The notes under the pieces: model-generated
Seen by the model: only the letters and a program-made list of their open reading frames with translations
Told to the model about the DNA's origin: nothing
Database searches by the model: none
NCBI RefSeq assembly: GCF_001194135.2
Contig: NC_068994.1
Span: 18,664,156 to 18,699,796 of the forward strand
DNA: 35,641 nucleotides
Direction of reading: 5' to 3'
From: Octopus bimaculoides
Lineage: Eukaryota
Shown here: positions 34,332 to 35,641 of the stretch, piece after piece
How the letters are laid out: each line of letters opens with the position of its first letter
How positions within the stretch are numbered: position 1 is the first letter of the stretch
Translations under genes and position numbers: made by a program

Positions 34332-35012
34332 CCCTTCTCTCCTAGTCTTTCTTTTATTATTCTATATAGTGTCATCTCAGAAATAGGATTGTTTTGTCTT
34401 ATTACAAACTACCAAAAATAGACATTATTATTGAAGTCATGTGAAATCTTCCATTTATATTGCATTCTTTTTATCAAATTTATTTATTAACTTTTGTTCA
34501 GGCTTCTATAAACAAATTAAAATTTTGCTGATTAAAAAAAAAAATTGTGAGTTTATTTAATATTTATTTTATTGCATGACATTATTTATGCATTATTTTA
34601 TATATTTACTTTTTCAATTAAAAAAAATAAATCTAATAACGATTTTCTTGTTTATACTATAATACATATGAAGGGAGTTAAATAATGATTTGTTTCAGCA
34701 AAAAAAAAAAAAAAAAAAAAAGTGAGGGTTTGATCACAGTTCTGTGAACTACCAAACTATTTATTGATGCTCATTCAGCTGATTCAACAGTCCAAAGTTG
34801 TTGCTCAGTCAACCAATCCTAAGTCAAGCATGATCAACCAACTCCTGTCTTTTTAGGAATACCTAAAGCTATTATTAGCCAATGTGTTCTTATTTTTAAA
34901 ACAGTAAAGTCTGTCTTGGTAGCATTTTCTAGTAGGTGAAGCAACCATTCTATCAAGAGGCTTCCTTGTGGGTGCCATACGCAAGGCTGTTTCAGTATTG
35001 CTTTTTTTTTAA

Positions 35013-35229
35013 CACTTTAGCATTTAGACTGGCTATATCCAGTCTAAATATTCTATCTGCATTATGTTCAAACTAGCCAAATCTGGTTTCTCATGCCTAT
35101 CCTACAATGTCATTCTACAAAAATAAACAATCACTGAAATCCTGAAGTTACTAGATAATGTAAGATTAATTCAAAACACTGTGCATAAATAAGCATTAGA
35201 TTTGACAGAGAAACCTGAATGCTAAAGGA
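35013..35229 (-). mobile_element. piggyBac-type MITE
   Basis: TTAA|cactttagcattt...ctgaatgctaaagga. Confidence 0.85.
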
Positions 35230-35295
35230 TCAGTTAGTGTCATTCATCAGACTTTGACCATGCTGAGGCAGTAACTTACAAAGCTTTAGTTAATT

Positions 35296-35390
35296 ACTAG
35301 CAGAAATACCCGGCTTTGCCCGGGTTAAAGAGAATAATGAAATCTAAAAACGCCGTCTAGACTACGCAACCCTCAACTGTTAGTAGCTAC
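35296..35390 (-). mobile_element. Helitron 3' terminus
   Basis: Reverse complement acccgg-gcaaag-ccgggt hairpin (35308-35325) followed by atttctgCTAG|T, the canonical Helitron 3' end. Confidence 0.78.
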
Positions 35391-35641
35391 GATACCATAT
35401 TTCTACATTAATAACTCTCCAATCCATGCCAGCATGGAACATAGCCATTAAGTGGAATGCCAGTCTCTCATCTAGGAGGGCCTTGAAATCAATGTTACCA
35501 ACTGGGGATTATGTGTGTCGCAGTGATAATAAAAAGACCCAAAGGAGGTCTGCAACGAAATAATTTTACTCAACACTTTGCAAGTGAATCAGTGGAGGCA
35601 AAGATGCGTCTCAATTACTTGACAATTTATGCACCACATTG

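Noticed and set aside
123-35641. Most ORFs in the supplied track (e.g. 123-494, 7085-7336, 11778-12017, 12688-12927, 29263-29754, 34100-34421)
   Set aside because: They run through SINEs, (TA)n/(CA)n microsatellites (IYIY, HTHT, CVCV) or N gaps
1-35641. CRISPR array or prokaryotic operon
   Set aside because: No regularly spaced direct repeats with unique spacers and no dense ORFs; the sequence is eukaryotic and repeat-rich

Overview
AT-rich eukaryotic scaffold with four N-gaps. The SINE, RTE-LINE and MITE families look like those of octopus genomes; this is inferred from repeat content, not searched. The window reads as intronic/intergenic DNA dominated by mobile elements: two tRNA-type SINE families (labelled A and B here), RTE-like LINE 3' fragments with (ATG)n tails, about 10 copies of a ~220-bp TTAA-flanked piggyBac-type MITE, Tc1/mariner and hAT derivatives, Helitron-like ends and an L1/Tx1-like 3' end. 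No gene can be named. Almost all listed ORFs are repeat, microsatellite or N artefacts, and only a few short splice-site-bounded exon candidates remain, with conflicting strands. The most notable unexplained structures are: (1) a ~250-bp-arm inverted duplication of non-TE sequence (13750-14366) 84 nt past the stop of a candidate minus-strand terminal exon; (2) a near-full-length U6 snRNA retrocopy fused directly to a SINE (20804-21312); (3) a perfect 21-bp-stem hairpin (9203-9249); (4) a SINE nested antisense in another SINE, giving two crossing dsRNA helices; (5) several local tandem duplications, one with a coding-like substitution pattern. All coordinates and alignments were made by eye.
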